Of a stretch of 64,000 bases of DNA, positions 30,792 to 40,761 are shown in pieces. A program made the translations under genes and the position numbers. The stretch covers positions 480,001 through 544,000 of the forward strand of contig CAWIBO010000005.1 of NCBI GenBank assembly GCA_963834385.1, given 5' to 3'. Every line of letters begins with the position of its first letter. Position 1 is the stretch's first letter. This DNA is from an uncultured Verrucomicrobiae bacterium (lineage in GTDB: Bacteria > Verrucomicrobiota > Verrucomicrobiia > Chthoniobacterales > UBA10450). The notes beneath the pieces were generated by a model. That model had not been told where the DNA came from, made no database searches, and saw nothing but the letters and a program-made list of their open reading frames with translations.

Positions 30792-31202
30792 ATGGATCCA
30801 CTCCGTCGCCTGCTCCTCATCTGTCTCTGCGCCGGCCTTGCCGGTTGTGCCACCACCCCGCCGCATGATTTCGCCTCGCCTGATCCCTCCTGGAAAACCC
30901 GCGTCGGCCAGCTCCAGTATCAGGGGCCCCGCCTTTCTCTCATCGGCGAGCTGGTGGTCCGCTCTTCCCCCGCGGGCGATTTCCAGCTGACCTTCAGCAA
31001 AGGCCCGGCAGCCACACTCCTGACCGTGCGCCAGGACGCCACACATGCGGTGGTGGAAGGTCCGCTCGCGCGCGGGCGCTGGGCCGGTCGCGTCGCCGAA
31101 GCGCCGACGCGCCTGCGCGGATGGCTCGGGCTGCGCGATGCCATCCGCCGGGGTGAGACGCGTTTCCAGGCAGAGGAAGAAGTCTTCAGGTTCAGCTTCT
31201 AA
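30792..31202 (+). CDS. Lipoprotein (possible LolB/DUF3261-like fold)
   Basis: Lipobox LAGC; beta-rich mature region; operonic with MMPL and LolA. Confidence 0.65.
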   Translation: MDPLRRLLLICLCAGLAGCATTPPHDFASPDPSWKTRVGQLQYQGPRLSLIGELVVRSSPAGDFQLTFSKGPAATLLTVRQDATHAVVEGPLARGRWAGRVAEAPTRLRGWLGLRDAIRRGETRFQAEEEVFRFSF

Positions 31203-31222
31203 CGGGGCTTCCGGCGCTCAGC

Positions 31223-33719
31223 ATGTCGTTCCCCGATTCCATTGCCCGCCTCGTCACGGAGCGTCGCCGGGTCGTCTGGATCTCGGTCGCGCTGCTGGCG
31301 GTTGTCTGTCTTGGCGTGCTCGTCCTGAAACTCCGCCTCGACACCGAGGTGCTCAATCTTCTCCCGCGCGGGTTCGAGTCGGTCGAAGGACTCAAGGTCT
31401 ATAACCGCGACTTTGCCCAGACCCGTGAGCTGACGTTTGCCCTGATCTGCCAGCCGGGGGACACCGGGCGGCTCGAGGAGTTCGCCCCTGTTTTCGAGGA
31501 ACGCCTGCAGGCACAGCCATGGAGCGTCCGCGTCCTCGCGGGGAACCCGATGGAAACGCCCGATGGCATGCGCGACCTGCAAAGCATTGCCGTCCCGCTT
31601 CTCCTGAACCTGCCCGAACCTGACTTCGCCGAAGCCATCGCGGTCCTGCGGCCGGAACGAATCGGTGAGCGCCTGCAGCGATTGCGGGAGGAGCTGGAAG
31701 CCGGTTCACCGCGCCCGCAGTTTGAACTCGAGCTCGATCCGCTGGGACTGGTCGGGCCCGCGCTCAAGCCTTTCGCGGTGAACGCGGGCATGACCTCCGA
31801 CCAACCGCTCGTCTCGGACGATCGCACCATGCGCGTTTTTCTCGTGGTCACGAACCAGGCCGACGGCAGCGCCTGGGAAAGCCAGCGCCTCATGGCCGAG
31901 GTCAAGGCGTTCCAGTCCACCGCGAAGGAAGGCTGGGAAGGCGGTCCCCTCGAGGTGCTCGTGACCGGCCGGGCCGCTTACGTGGCGGAAATTTCGCTGA
32001 GCATGCGGCAGGACATCGTCTTGACCCTGCTCGGCTCGGTTGTCCTGGTCGGCGGCGTTTTCTACGCCGGTTTTCACCGCTGGCTCCCCCTCCTTGGCAT
32101 GGGCATCTCGCTGCTTCTCTGCTGCCTGGTCGCTCTCGCCGCCGGTGTTCTCATCTTCGGCGAACTGAACATGGTCACGGTCGGCTTCTGCGCCATCCTC
32201 ATCGGGTTGGGCGTCGATTTCGCCATCCTTGTTTATGGCCGCTACCAGCAGGCGCGCGACGAGGGCAAGGAGCGGCCGGAAGCCGTGAGCGAGGCGGCCG
32301 GGCGGCCTTCTTCGCGCCATTATTTTCGGCGCCCTCACCACCGCTGTCGGTTTCCTCGCGCTGCTCCTGGCCAATTCCCCGGGGTTCACCCAGCTTGGCG
32401 TCCTCATCGCCATCGGCATCGTCTTTGCCGCCATTTGCACCCTGACGGTTTTTTTCATGTTTCTGCCGCGCCGGACGCGCCCGGCAGAGAACGACTGGAT
32501 GCTGCGGGCGGTGAAACGCTATGTCACTTTTGCCGTGGACAATCCCAAGCCGGTCCTCGGCCTTTCGGTGCCGCTGCTCCTCGGCCTGGCCATCGTGGCG
32601 GTCTCGCCCACCCCGCGGTTGCCCTTCGACGTCAGCACCCGTTCGATGGAGCCGAAAAAGAGCGACGCCGGCTACGCCCTCGCCTCCATCATGGCCCGGA
32701 TGCCCACCCGTTGGGAGCCGGTCCTCGGTATTGTCAGGGCCGAAAGCCAGGAGGAACTGCACGCTTTCTGGCAAAAACTCGAGGCCCATTGGGCGCGGCT
32801 GCGGGAGGCCGGCAAAATCAAGGATTACTCCACCCCGGCGGCCCTGATCATGTCGCCCGCGCGAATCGAAGCGAACCGGCAACGACTTTCCACCGTCGAT
32901 CTCAACGCCGCGGAGAAGACCTTTTCCTCCGCGCTCGACACGGAGGGCTTCAGCCGGGACGCCTTTGCCAGCGGCTTCAAGCTCCTGGAGGAATTGCGGA
33001 CGGCGGCCGATCCGGGGCGCCCTTTGCCGAACTGGCGGGAACAGCTTCCCAAAAGCTCGAGCTGGTGGTTCCTGATCGACCGCTACTTCGGGCATGAGCC
33101 GTTGCTCACCACCGGTTTCGTCACCACCAACCGGCCGGTCGACCAGGCGAACCAGCGCATGCTCCGCCGGGAAATGCCGGTCGAGGGCGTGCCCATGACG
33201 ATGTCGGGCTGGAGTTTTACCCTGGCCGATCTGCTCCCCTGGTCGCGCCGCCAGTTGATCCTGATCAGCGCGCTCATGGCGGTCTTCGAGGCGGGCCTGC
33301 TGGCCATTCTTTACCGCGACTGGCGGCTTTGGCTGATCCAGGTGGCCAGCCTTTTCCTCGCGGTCGCGGCCATGATCGCCTCGATGAAGCTGCTGGCCAT
33401 TCCTCTCAACATTTTGAACGTGCTCGCTTTTCGCCTCGTCCTCGCGATCGGCGTTGACTACGGCATTTACGTCCTGCTCGTCTGGCAAAAAGCGCGGGAT
33501 CTCGAGCACGATGTCGCCGGCATCGTCAAACCGGTCATCATGGCCGGCCTGACCGCGGTGGCCGGCTTTGCCTCCCTCGGCATCGCCAACAATCCCACCT
33601 TGAGCGGCCTCGGCTTTGCCTGCGCCCTCGGGATTTTCTGGAGCCTGGCCACGACGGTCTTCTTTACCCTGCCGGCGGCGGCCGCCGCGGAGCCGAAATT
33701 GCTCGATCGAAAGAAGTAG
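31223..33719 (+). CDS. MMPL/RND family transporter (frameshift near 32305)
   Basis: DTEVLNLLP, ILIGLGVDFAI, GALTTAVGF (shifted frame), AIGVDYGIY, LTAVAGFASL in two joined ORFs. Confidence 0.85.
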
Positions 33720-33733
33720 GCGAAGGAACAGGG

Positions 33734-34396
33734 ATGAAATTCCTCGTCGCCTCCTTTCTCTTTCTGACGTTCTCACTCGCGCAGGCCGAGCCGCTTTCCC
33801 CGTCGGAGTTGAGCGCGCTCCTCGAGCGCATCCGCGGCAAACGGGCCGGAGCCCCGCAGGTCCAGGCCGATTTCAGCGAGGAAAAAAACGTGCGGCTGAT
33901 GAACAAGCCGATTACCAGCAGCGGCAAGGTCTGGTTTCAGGCCCCGAACAAATTCCGTCGGGAAGTCGAAGGAAGCACCCCGAGCATCACCGTGAGCAAT
34001 GGGAGCGATCTTTGGATCTATTACCCGAAATTCAAGTCGGCTGAGCGCTACCAGCTTGGGCGGCGTTCACCGCTTGAGGCCGCGATTGCGACGCTCAACG
34101 CGAGCTTAAACCTGGAAAATGTTGAGCAGAATTATCGCATCTCCGGCGAGAAGACGGCTGAGGGCGGCTACCGCCTGATGCTCCTGCCACGCGCCGGCTC
34201 CATCCGGCGGTTCGTCGAAAAGTTTCATCTCGAGTTGGACCCCGCGCTCGAAGTGAAACGGACCGAGATGATTCAGCCCAAGGGCGACCGCATCGTGACC
34301 ACCTATCGGAACGAATCGCGCGCGCCCATCCCGGCGGAACGTTTTGAGTTCGTTCCCCCGGCAGGGACCGAGGTCACCACCCCCCTCGGAAAATAG
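33734..34396 (+). CDS. LolA-like outer-membrane lipid/lipoprotein carrier
   Basis: Signal peptide; QADFSEEK, SGKVWFQAPNKFR, NGSDLWIY, FEFVPPAG. Confidence 0.85.
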   Translation: MKFLVASFLFLTFSLAQAEPLSPSELSALLERIRGKRAGAPQVQADFSEEKNVRLMNKPITSSGKVWFQAPNKFRREVEGSTPSITVSNGSDLWIYYPKFKSAERYQLGRRSPLEAAIATLNASLNLENVEQNYRISGEKTAEGGYRLMLLPRAGSIRRFVEKFHLELDPALEVKRTEMIQPKGDRIVTTYRNESRAPIPAERFEFVPPAGTEVTTPLGK

Positions 34397-34453
34397 CGGT
34401 CGCCGGCCTCTTCGGGCTGGACGGGCGCCCGGAAGTTGTCTCACCATACCCGC

Positions 34454-34852
34454 ATGAGTTGGCGAGGGGTTGCCGGCACGCGGGCGCGGTGTTTCTGCAT
34501 CGTCGCTGCCGCTCTCCTCTTTCTCCCGGCGATCGAAGCGGCCGACAAAAGCGTGCCGCCGATCACGTCGCGGATCGAGCGGGTCCCGGTTAAATCGAGT
34601 GCCATCGCTGCGGTCGGCTACAGCAAAAAACTGCGCGCCTTCGAGATCGAATTCCGCAACGGGGCGATCTACCGGCATCTCGAGGTCCCGGCCCGTCTTT
34701 ACCAGGGCTTGCTCGCCGCCGAGTCAAAGGCTTCCTATTATCACCGCCACATTCGCGGGATCTACTATTCGGTCCGGGTGAAGGATGGCCGCCGGGTTGC
34801 CAGCGAGGCCCGCGCCCTCGAGCCCGTCGCTTCCCGCCGGGCGGGCCGGTAA
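34454..34852 (+). CDS. KTSC domain protein
   Basis: RVPVKSSAIAAVGY, IEFRNGAIY, VP..Y..LL.A.SK..YY. Confidence 0.8.
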   Translation: MSWRGVAGTRARCFCIVAAALLFLPAIEAADKSVPPITSRIERVPVKSSAIAAVGYSKKLRAFEIEFRNGAIYRHLEVPARLYQGLLAAESKASYYHRHIRGIYYSVRVKDGRRVASEARALEPVASRRAGR

Positions 34853-34986
34853 GGGCTCACCCGATGAGCCGCCTTGTCCTTACCCCGGAAGAGCGAAACA
34901 CGATTCTCTTCGTGGCCGCCCTTTTCCTGGTCGGGCTCGCGGCCCGTCTCTACCGCCAAATGTGATCCAGCCGCTCCGCGCTCGCC

Positions 34987-37191
34987 CTAGGGCAGACTCG
35001 TGCTTTGCGCGCCCTTGACCACGTTCACATCCGCGCCGCTGATCACTCCGCTGACATTTACATCGCTGCGGAAATTCGCCGAGGTGACCGGCTTGCTCTG
35101 CTGGCCCTTGACCAGGTTCACGTCGGCACCGCTGACAACCCGGCTGGCATTCACGTCGCCCAGGAGAACTCCCATCGGAATGGCGAGGTCGCCAGTTGTC
35201 CCCTCCACGGTGATTCCGTTCAGGTTGATCGTGATGACCTGCGCGTTCTGGACCCCGGAAAGACTGATGGTCACCACGGCGCCGTTCACCGCGACGTTGC
35301 TGACGCTGCCGCCCGCCGGCGCCTCCACCGTCACGCTGCCCGGCGGAATCGTGACCGCCCCGGAAAAGGTGACGACCACCGTATGTTCGCCATTGGGCCC
35401 TCCCGAGCGACCCTCGATGCCCGCCTCGCCCAGGAGCGGCAAGGGAACGTCAAAGGTCAGGGCTGGGTTGCCGCCGTGCACCTTGCGCGAAACGGCGCTC
35501 GCCGGCAGCACGCACGAGGTCGCGCCGGCCAGCCGGCTCGCCGTGGTCACTTCCTGAGTTGGCGTGGTGTAACTGATGGTCGGGACGCCGTTCCCGTTCA
35601 GGACAATCTGCATGAAGTCGAGCCGGACGTTGCCCACGATATCAACCAGCTCCTCTTCCCAGACCGGCGTGGCGCTGTCCACGTTTGCCCCGCGCAGATA
35701 ATAAACATACGCATCGCCCTGGCCCGCATCCTCCAGCACCGCGAGATGGATCGTGCCACAGTCGACCACGAAGAATTGCGAAGACCCCGTGTCCCCGCGG
35801 CTCGCGCTGCCATAGCGCGGCAAAGTATGGGTGTAAGCGAAGGTCTTCCCCTGGTTCAGGCTGACGTAAAGCTTATCCCCATGCACGACATAGAGGGTCC
35901 CATTGTTATCGAAAGCCGAGTGGGTCACGACAAAGTCCTCCCCTGGCCCGGGGGCGACCGGGTGCTTCGTCCCGGTCCAGTTCGCCCCGAAATCGCCTGT
36001 CTGGCAGACGTAAAGCGTTCCTTCGACGGTTTCCGACCAATGAAACTTCCGGTCGGTGCCCCAGGCGCCATGGCGTCCCGCCTTTTGCCGCGCAAACAAC
36101 GGATTCGTCACCCGCGTGTCTCCCGGGTCGACTCCCGGTGGATTCGCCGCGGAGGCGTGGCAGACCACATGTTCAGGGCCGCTGCCGTTGTTCCCGACCA
36201 GCGGCGTCTGGATGGGCCAGGTCAGGCCGCCGTCAAAGCTGAAGATGACCGCCGAGCCGATCCGGAACCAGCCCGCCAGGACATACGGCTCGTTGGACGG
36301 CAGCGGGCCGAGCGGGTTGAGGTCGCCGAACGGCCCCAGGTAGGACCAGGTCTGGTCGTTCCCGGCGGATGTCACCGGCACATGCACCACAGTGAAGGTT
36401 TCTCCCGCGTCGTCACTGTGCGCCACGACCACGTCGGCCAGCTCGGTCCCGAAAAAGATCACGTCGTCGCCGAACGCCTGCATGTCGCCCTCGATGCCAT
36501 AGGGAACCGAGGCGTCCACGGGCGGATACTTCTGCACCCACGTCTGGCCTCCGTCTGAACTGCGCTTGATCTTGTTTCCCGTCACCAACACCGGCAAAAG
36601 CACATAGGTGTTGTCGCCGGCGGCGCTCAGATTCCCCTCACAACAGGTGCCGTGGTAAACAATGCTCCAGTTGTCCGACTTCGGCGGTGGCGGCGGCGGC
36701 GGCGTCTCCCCGCCCACGATGGTGGCCACGGCATGATACTGGTCGCCGGCCGTGGCGGCGAAATAGACGACTCGCACCGTGAAAATGCCGGTGCCGTCGA
36801 TGGCCGGGTTGATGTCGGCCCGTTCACTCGTGGAAGGCGGGCCGCCGGTGGAGGAATCGATCAATGGGCCGGTATTTGGATCGCTTCCCTTGTGAATATA
36901 GACGTCGTAATCGTGCGCCAAAACCACCCACGTCACGTCGATCTGGATCTTCTTCCCGGTCCAGTCGCCATCCTGCACGTTCAGCGTGAAGGTGTCGCAA
37001 TTGAACCCTTCCACGCAGGTATCCTCCCCGTTTGAGGTGCCGCCCACCGCCGTCCCATCCCAGACCAGCGGGCTTGAGGTCGGGTTGATCGTGCCGGAGG
37101 TCGGATTGGCCGCGCCCATGCGCAGAACCGAGAAAGCGCACAGCAGCGCGAGCACGAGAAGAGAAGAAGCGAACGTCCAGCGTTTGATCAT
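34987..37191 (-). CDS. Large secreted protein: BNR/Asp-box beta-propeller plus C-terminal SRKxHG domain and dockerin-like repeats
   Basis: Signal peptide; SSDGGQTW, SDDAGETF, SFDGGLTW, TGDFGANW, SLNQGKTF; SAVSRKVHG; GDVNASRVVSGADV...SDVNVSGVISGADV. Confidence 0.8.
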   Translation of the reverse strand: MIKRWTFASSLLVLALLCAFSVLRMGAANPTSGTINPTSSPLVWDGTAVGGTSNGEDTCVEGFNCDTFTLNVQDGDWTGKKIQIDVTWVVLAHDYDVYIHKGSDPNTGPLIDSSTGGPPSTSERADINPAIDGTGIFTVRVVYFAATAGDQYHAVATIVGGETPPPPPPPKSDNWSIVYHGTCCEGNLSAAGDNTYVLLPVLVTGNKIKRSSDGGQTWVQKYPPVDASVPYGIEGDMQAFGDDVIFFGTELADVVVAHSDDAGETFTVVHVPVTSAGNDQTWSYLGPFGDLNPLGPLPSNEPYVLAGWFRIGSAVIFSFDGGLTWPIQTPLVGNNGSGPEHVVCHASAANPPGVDPGDTRVTNPLFARQKAGRHGAWGTDRKFHWSETVEGTLYVCQTGDFGANWTGTKHPVAPGPGEDFVVTHSAFDNNGTLYVVHGDKLYVSLNQGKTFAYTHTLPRYGSASRGDTGSSQFFVVDCGTIHLAVLEDAGQGDAYVYYLRGANVDSATPVWEEELVDIVGNVRLDFMQIVLNGNGVPTISYTTPTQEVTTASRLAGATSCVLPASAVSRKVHGGNPALTFDVPLPLLGEAGIEGRSGGPNGEHTVVVTFSGAVTIPPGSVTVEAPAGGSVSNVAVNGAVVTISLSGVQNAQVITINLNGITVEGTTGDLAIPMGVLLGDVNASRVVSGADVNLVKGQQSKPVTSANFRSDVNVSGVISGADVNVVKGAQSTSLP

Positions 37192-37324
37192 GAAAATACC
37201 TCCGGCGATGAAGGGGGACGCGCTTGATTCGGTTCAGCCCCCCCCGGCGGTCCCCTGCCCGCCTCTTTTTCTCCAAGGGCTCTTCCCTCGGGCGCTTGGC
37301 ACGGAAAGTTCTTCTCCGGGTGGA

Positions 37325-37684
37325 ATGCGGGTCCTGATTGCCGACGACCAGAAAGGGGTGGCCGACACCCTGGCGGAGTTGGTTCGCCTCTGTCACCACG
37401 ACGTCGTGGAGGTGGTCGGCTCGGGTCTGGACGCCATCCGCGCCTATGGCCGGCACCGGCCCGATGTGGTCCTGATGGACTATTCGATGGCCAACCTGAA
37501 CGGCGCCACCGCCTGTCGCAACATCGTCGCCCGCTACCCGGACGCCCGCGTGATCATGGTGTCCGCCTGGCGTCCCCTCACGGTCTGCGAAGGCTCCGGC
37601 GCGATGGCGATTCTCTCCAAGCCGGTCGATTTCGACGCGCTTTACGCCGCCCTGCACGCGGCCGCGCCGGAAATGCCGGCCTAG
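37325..37684 (+). CDS. Single-domain response regulator
   Basis: MRVLIADD, PDVVLMD, MVSA, LSKP. Confidence 0.88.
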   Translation: MRVLIADDQKGVADTLAELVRLCHHDVVEVVGSGLDAIRAYGRHRPDVVLMDYSMANLNGATACRNIVARYPDARVIMVSAWRPLTVCEGSGAMAILSKPVDFDALYAALHAAAPEMPA

Positions 37685-38916
37685 GCGGCCTCGAGCTGTT
37701 CCCGCGTGATGCCGCGGAGCTGGAAAAGGCGCAGCAGCGTTTCCTCGATCAAATTGTTGGGGCAGGAGGCCCCTGCGGTGATGCCGACCACCGTCGGCAA
37801 TTGCGGCAGCCAGTCTTTCGCCACCACTTCCTGTTTCTGGTGCAGGTCGTAGTGCAGGATCTCGCCCTCGGAAAGAAGCCGCGACGCATTCAGGACAAAA
37901 TAGGTCGGCAGCTTTTCCTCGCCCATCTCGGCCAGGTGCGAGGTGTTTGAGCTGTTGTAACCGCCCACCACCAGGAGCAGATCAAGCGGCACGTCCAGCA
38001 GCTCGCGCAACGCGTCCTGCCTTTCCTGTGTCGCCCCGCAAATCGTGTCGAAGAACCGAAAGTTCTTGTCCGCCCCGTCCGCCCCGTCGCGATCGATGAT
38101 GGCCTGCCGGATCCGGCGCTGCACCTCCTCGGTTTCCCCCCGCAACATCGTGGTCTGGTTGGCCACTCCCACGGTCTTCAGGTGGATATCGGGATCAAAC
38201 CCGGGCGAATGCGCGCCCTCAAACCGCTGCAGAAACTCTGCCTTGTTCCCACCGCGCCGGATGTAATCACAAACGTAATCCGTGTCGGCCAGCGTCAGCA
38301 CCACCAGATAATGACCCTGCCCGGTGCCCAGGGCGCGCGAGCTGGTCGCCTTGGTCTCCTCGTGCTCCGCCTTCCCGTGAATGATGGAGGTGGCGGATTC
38401 ACTGGCGTATTTGCGCACGCGCTTCCACACACTCATGACGTCGCCGCAGGTGGTATCGACGATCTGGCAGCCCCGGTTCTTGATCTCGTTCAACGTCGAA
38501 ACCTCGGTCCCGAAAGCCGGGACAATGACCACATCCTCCGGCCGCAGATCGGAGATCTCGGCCTGCTTGGTTTTTCCCATCAGGTTCTTGATCCCAAGCG
38601 ACGAGATCTGCTCGTTCACCTCGGGGTTGTGAATGATCTCGCCCAGGATGAAGAGGCGCCGGTCCTTGAACACCTTGCGCGCCGCGTATGCCAGGTCGAT
38701 GGCCCGCTCCACCCCGTAGCAAAAGCCGAACTGCTTGGCCAGGCGGACGGTCATCCCACCCACGGAAATGATGTTCCCGGTCCGGCGAATCTTGTCGACG
38801 ATATCGCTCCGGTAATGGGTCTCGACCTGTTCCTGCACCGCCGCCATCACGTCCGGCGTGCGCAGGTTGACCTTTTCGCGCGCGGTCGTGCCGCTGGAGA
38901 TCAGGTTGGTGCTCAT
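37681..38916 (-). CDS. ispH: 4-hydroxy-3-methylbut-2-enyl diphosphate reductase
   Basis: FGFCYGVERA, EIIHN, DTTC, HEET, NQTT, DTICGATQERQ, GGYNSSNT, TAGASCP. Confidence 0.93.
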   Translation of the reverse strand: MSTNLISSGTTAREKVNLRTPDVMAAVQEQVETHYRSDIVDKIRRTGNIISVGGMTVRLAKQFGFCYGVERAIDLAYAARKVFKDRRLFILGEIIHNPEVNEQISSLGIKNLMGKTKQAEISDLRPEDVVIVPAFGTEVSTLNEIKNRGCQIVDTTCGDVMSVWKRVRKYASESATSIIHGKAEHEETKATSSRALGTGQGHYLVVLTLADTDYVCDYIRRGGNKAEFLQRFEGAHSPGFDPDIHLKTVGVANQTTMLRGETEEVQRRIRQAIIDRDGADGADKNFRFFDTICGATQERQDALRELLDVPLDLLLVVGGYNSSNTSHLAEMGEEKLPTYFVLNASRLLSEGEILHYDLHQKQEVVAKDWLPQLPTVVGITAGASCPNNLIEETLLRLFQLRGITREQLEAA

Positions 38917-38984
38917 AAGCCCCAACTATGCCGTCAACGGGCACATTTTTCCAGTGCCCCGCGCCCGCCCGCCTTTTTCGGGCT

Positions 38985-39599
38985 TCAACCCTCGACCAGG
39001 AGCGGACCTTCCGGATCCTGGAACCACGAGGGCGACATCATCTTGGACCGCGGCGGATCGGGGTCGCCGCTCTGGTCAAGCCGGCGCACCAGGTGCCCGA
39101 ATTTTTCGTCTTCCGGCTGGCTCTGCGAGATGTTGACCGGCGTCCCTGATTTCACCAAAGCAAAGAGGCGGGCCGCCGCCTCGCGATGCAACCGGATGCA
39201 GCCGTGCGTGCGCGGCACCGGATGGACAAACCCCTCGTGAAAGCCGTAAGCGGGCTTGAACTCGCACCAGTAACCCATCGGGTATCCCGCGTCCGGCTGG
39301 CTGATCCGGCGCTTGTTCTTGATCTTTTTGTAGATCGTAAAGTTTCCGCGCGGGGTCGGGTTTTTCGGCGTGCCGACGTTTCCCTGCACGGCCATGAGAA
39401 GGCGTTCGCCCTCCATGACGTAGACGTTCTGGGTCGAGAGGGAGAGTTTTACCCGCACGTTATCGGGGTTGTTCGGTTTGTAGGCCGTCACACGGTAGGA
39501 GCCGCCGGTCGAGACGGTCGAGGTGGTGCCGCAACCGGTCACCATGAAAGCCGTCGCCGCGGCCAGGATAAGGATAAGGGGGGAGAAGAGTCGTCGCAT
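38985..39599 (-). CDS. L,D-transpeptidase family lipoprotein
   Basis: Lipobox VTGC; TPRGNF, YGFHEG...RTHGCIRL, GTPVNI. Confidence 0.88.
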   Translation of the reverse strand: MRRLFSPLILILAAATAFMVTGCGTTSTVSTGGSYRVTAYKPNNPDNVRVKLSLSTQNVYVMEGERLLMAVQGNVGTPKNPTPRGNFTIYKKIKNKRRISQPDAGYPMGYWCEFKPAYGFHEGFVHPVPRTHGCIRLHREAAARLFALVKSGTPVNISQSQPEDEKFGHLVRRLDQSGDPDPPRSKMMSPSWFQDPEGPLLVEG

Positions 39600-39634
39600 A
39601 ACGCTTCTCATTTGAAGAGGGAGCGCCCCTCTTG

Positions 39635-40654
39635 TCAACCCGAACGCTCGCCGGCCAGGCGCCGCCGCTTGTGTTGCAGCGGCCGGGCCGGGTCGCCTCC
39701 CTGCGCCAGTTGACGGTCGAGTTTGCGCCATTCGCCCGCGTAGGACGGATAACGCGCCGCCGTCTGGGTCGGCTTGTAGCGCCAATGCTTGTACATCCAG
39801 AGCCACGAACCCGGGTCGTTTCGCACCGCCGCCTCAAAACGATCCCAGCAGGCCTGCGCGATCTCTTCCACGGTCGCCTCCGGTGCCGGCGCGAGCGGCG
39901 GCAGGACCACCAGCCGGCGACGGCCGTCGGGCAGTTGTTCGCAGAAAAGGGGCACGATCGCGGCGCCCGTGTGCTGGTGCAGCCAGGCGTGCGCAAAGGT
40001 CACACAGGTCTTGAGTCCGAAACAATCGACGGCCACGAACGGCTCCGTCGTCTTCGGGGCCAGGTCGCTCAGGATGGCCACGGTTCGGCCCCCTTTCAGC
40101 GCCTTGAACATTTTCATGATCGCCCGTTCCCGGCCGGTCACCTGGTGACCCGCCCGCTCCCGGATCCTGGTGAAGACCGCCCCCAGATACGGGTTCTTCG
40201 ATTCCTGCGCCACGATCAGGAGCGGATAACCGGCGAGGCCCATCGCCAGGGCGGCCGCCTCCCAGTCGCCGAAATGGAACGTCACCGTGATCAAGCCCCG
40301 CGACCGGTCGATCCCCGCCAATGCCTCCTCCAGGTTCACCACCTCGAAATTCTCGGAAAAATTCTGCCGGTCGACCCGGGCCGACCAGAGCAGGTGAATC
40401 ATGGCGCGAGCGAAGTTCTGGTAAGATTCCCGCGCCAGCCGTCGGCGCTCCGCCGGTGAAAACCGGTCGCCGAAGGCAACCTCGAGATTCTCCAGTGCGA
40501 CGGCGCGTCCGCTCCGGTGCGCCGCCGCAACCAGCGCCCCGAGCCATCCGCCAAGGCGATGCGCTCCCCCGCGCGAGAGCAGCGGCACCAGCCGGACCGC
40601 GAGCTCCATCGCGATCCATTCCAGCAGCCAGCGCGCTTTTCGCAGGGAGGGCAT
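39635..40654 (-). CDS. Lipid A biosynthesis acyltransferase (LpxL family)
   Basis: TFHFGDWE, ILSDL, WLWMYKHWR. Confidence 0.82.
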   Translation of the reverse strand: MPSLRKARWLLEWIAMELAVRLVPLLSRGGAHRLGGWLGALVAAAHRSGRAVALENLEVAFGDRFSPAERRRLARESYQNFARAMIHLLWSARVDRQNFSENFEVVNLEEALAGIDRSRGLITVTFHFGDWEAAALAMGLAGYPLLIVAQESKNPYLGAVFTRIRERAGHQVTGRERAIMKMFKALKGGRTVAILSDLAPKTTEPFVAVDCFGLKTCVTFAHAWLHQHTGAAIVPLFCEQLPDGRRRLVVLPPLAPAPEATVEEIAQACWDRFEAAVRNDPGSWLWMYKHWRYKPTQTAARYPSYAGEWRKLDRQLAQGGDPARPLQHKRRRLAGERSG

Positions 40655-40701
40655 GAGCAGATCAACTCACTTCCCGCGGCCTTGAGCAAGCGGCGGTTTT
40701 T

Positions 40702-40729
40702 TTGACTTGGCTCTGATTAAACTTAGTTT
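40702..40729 (+). promoter_or_regulatory. Possible sigma70-type promoter for the PTP-glyA gene
   Basis: TTGACT-N16-TAGTTT in an AT-rich intergenic patch 32 nt upstream of the GTG start. Confidence 0.35.
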
Positions 40730-40761
40730 GCGCAATTGGGCGCGGGCGCGCCCGGTTCCTT

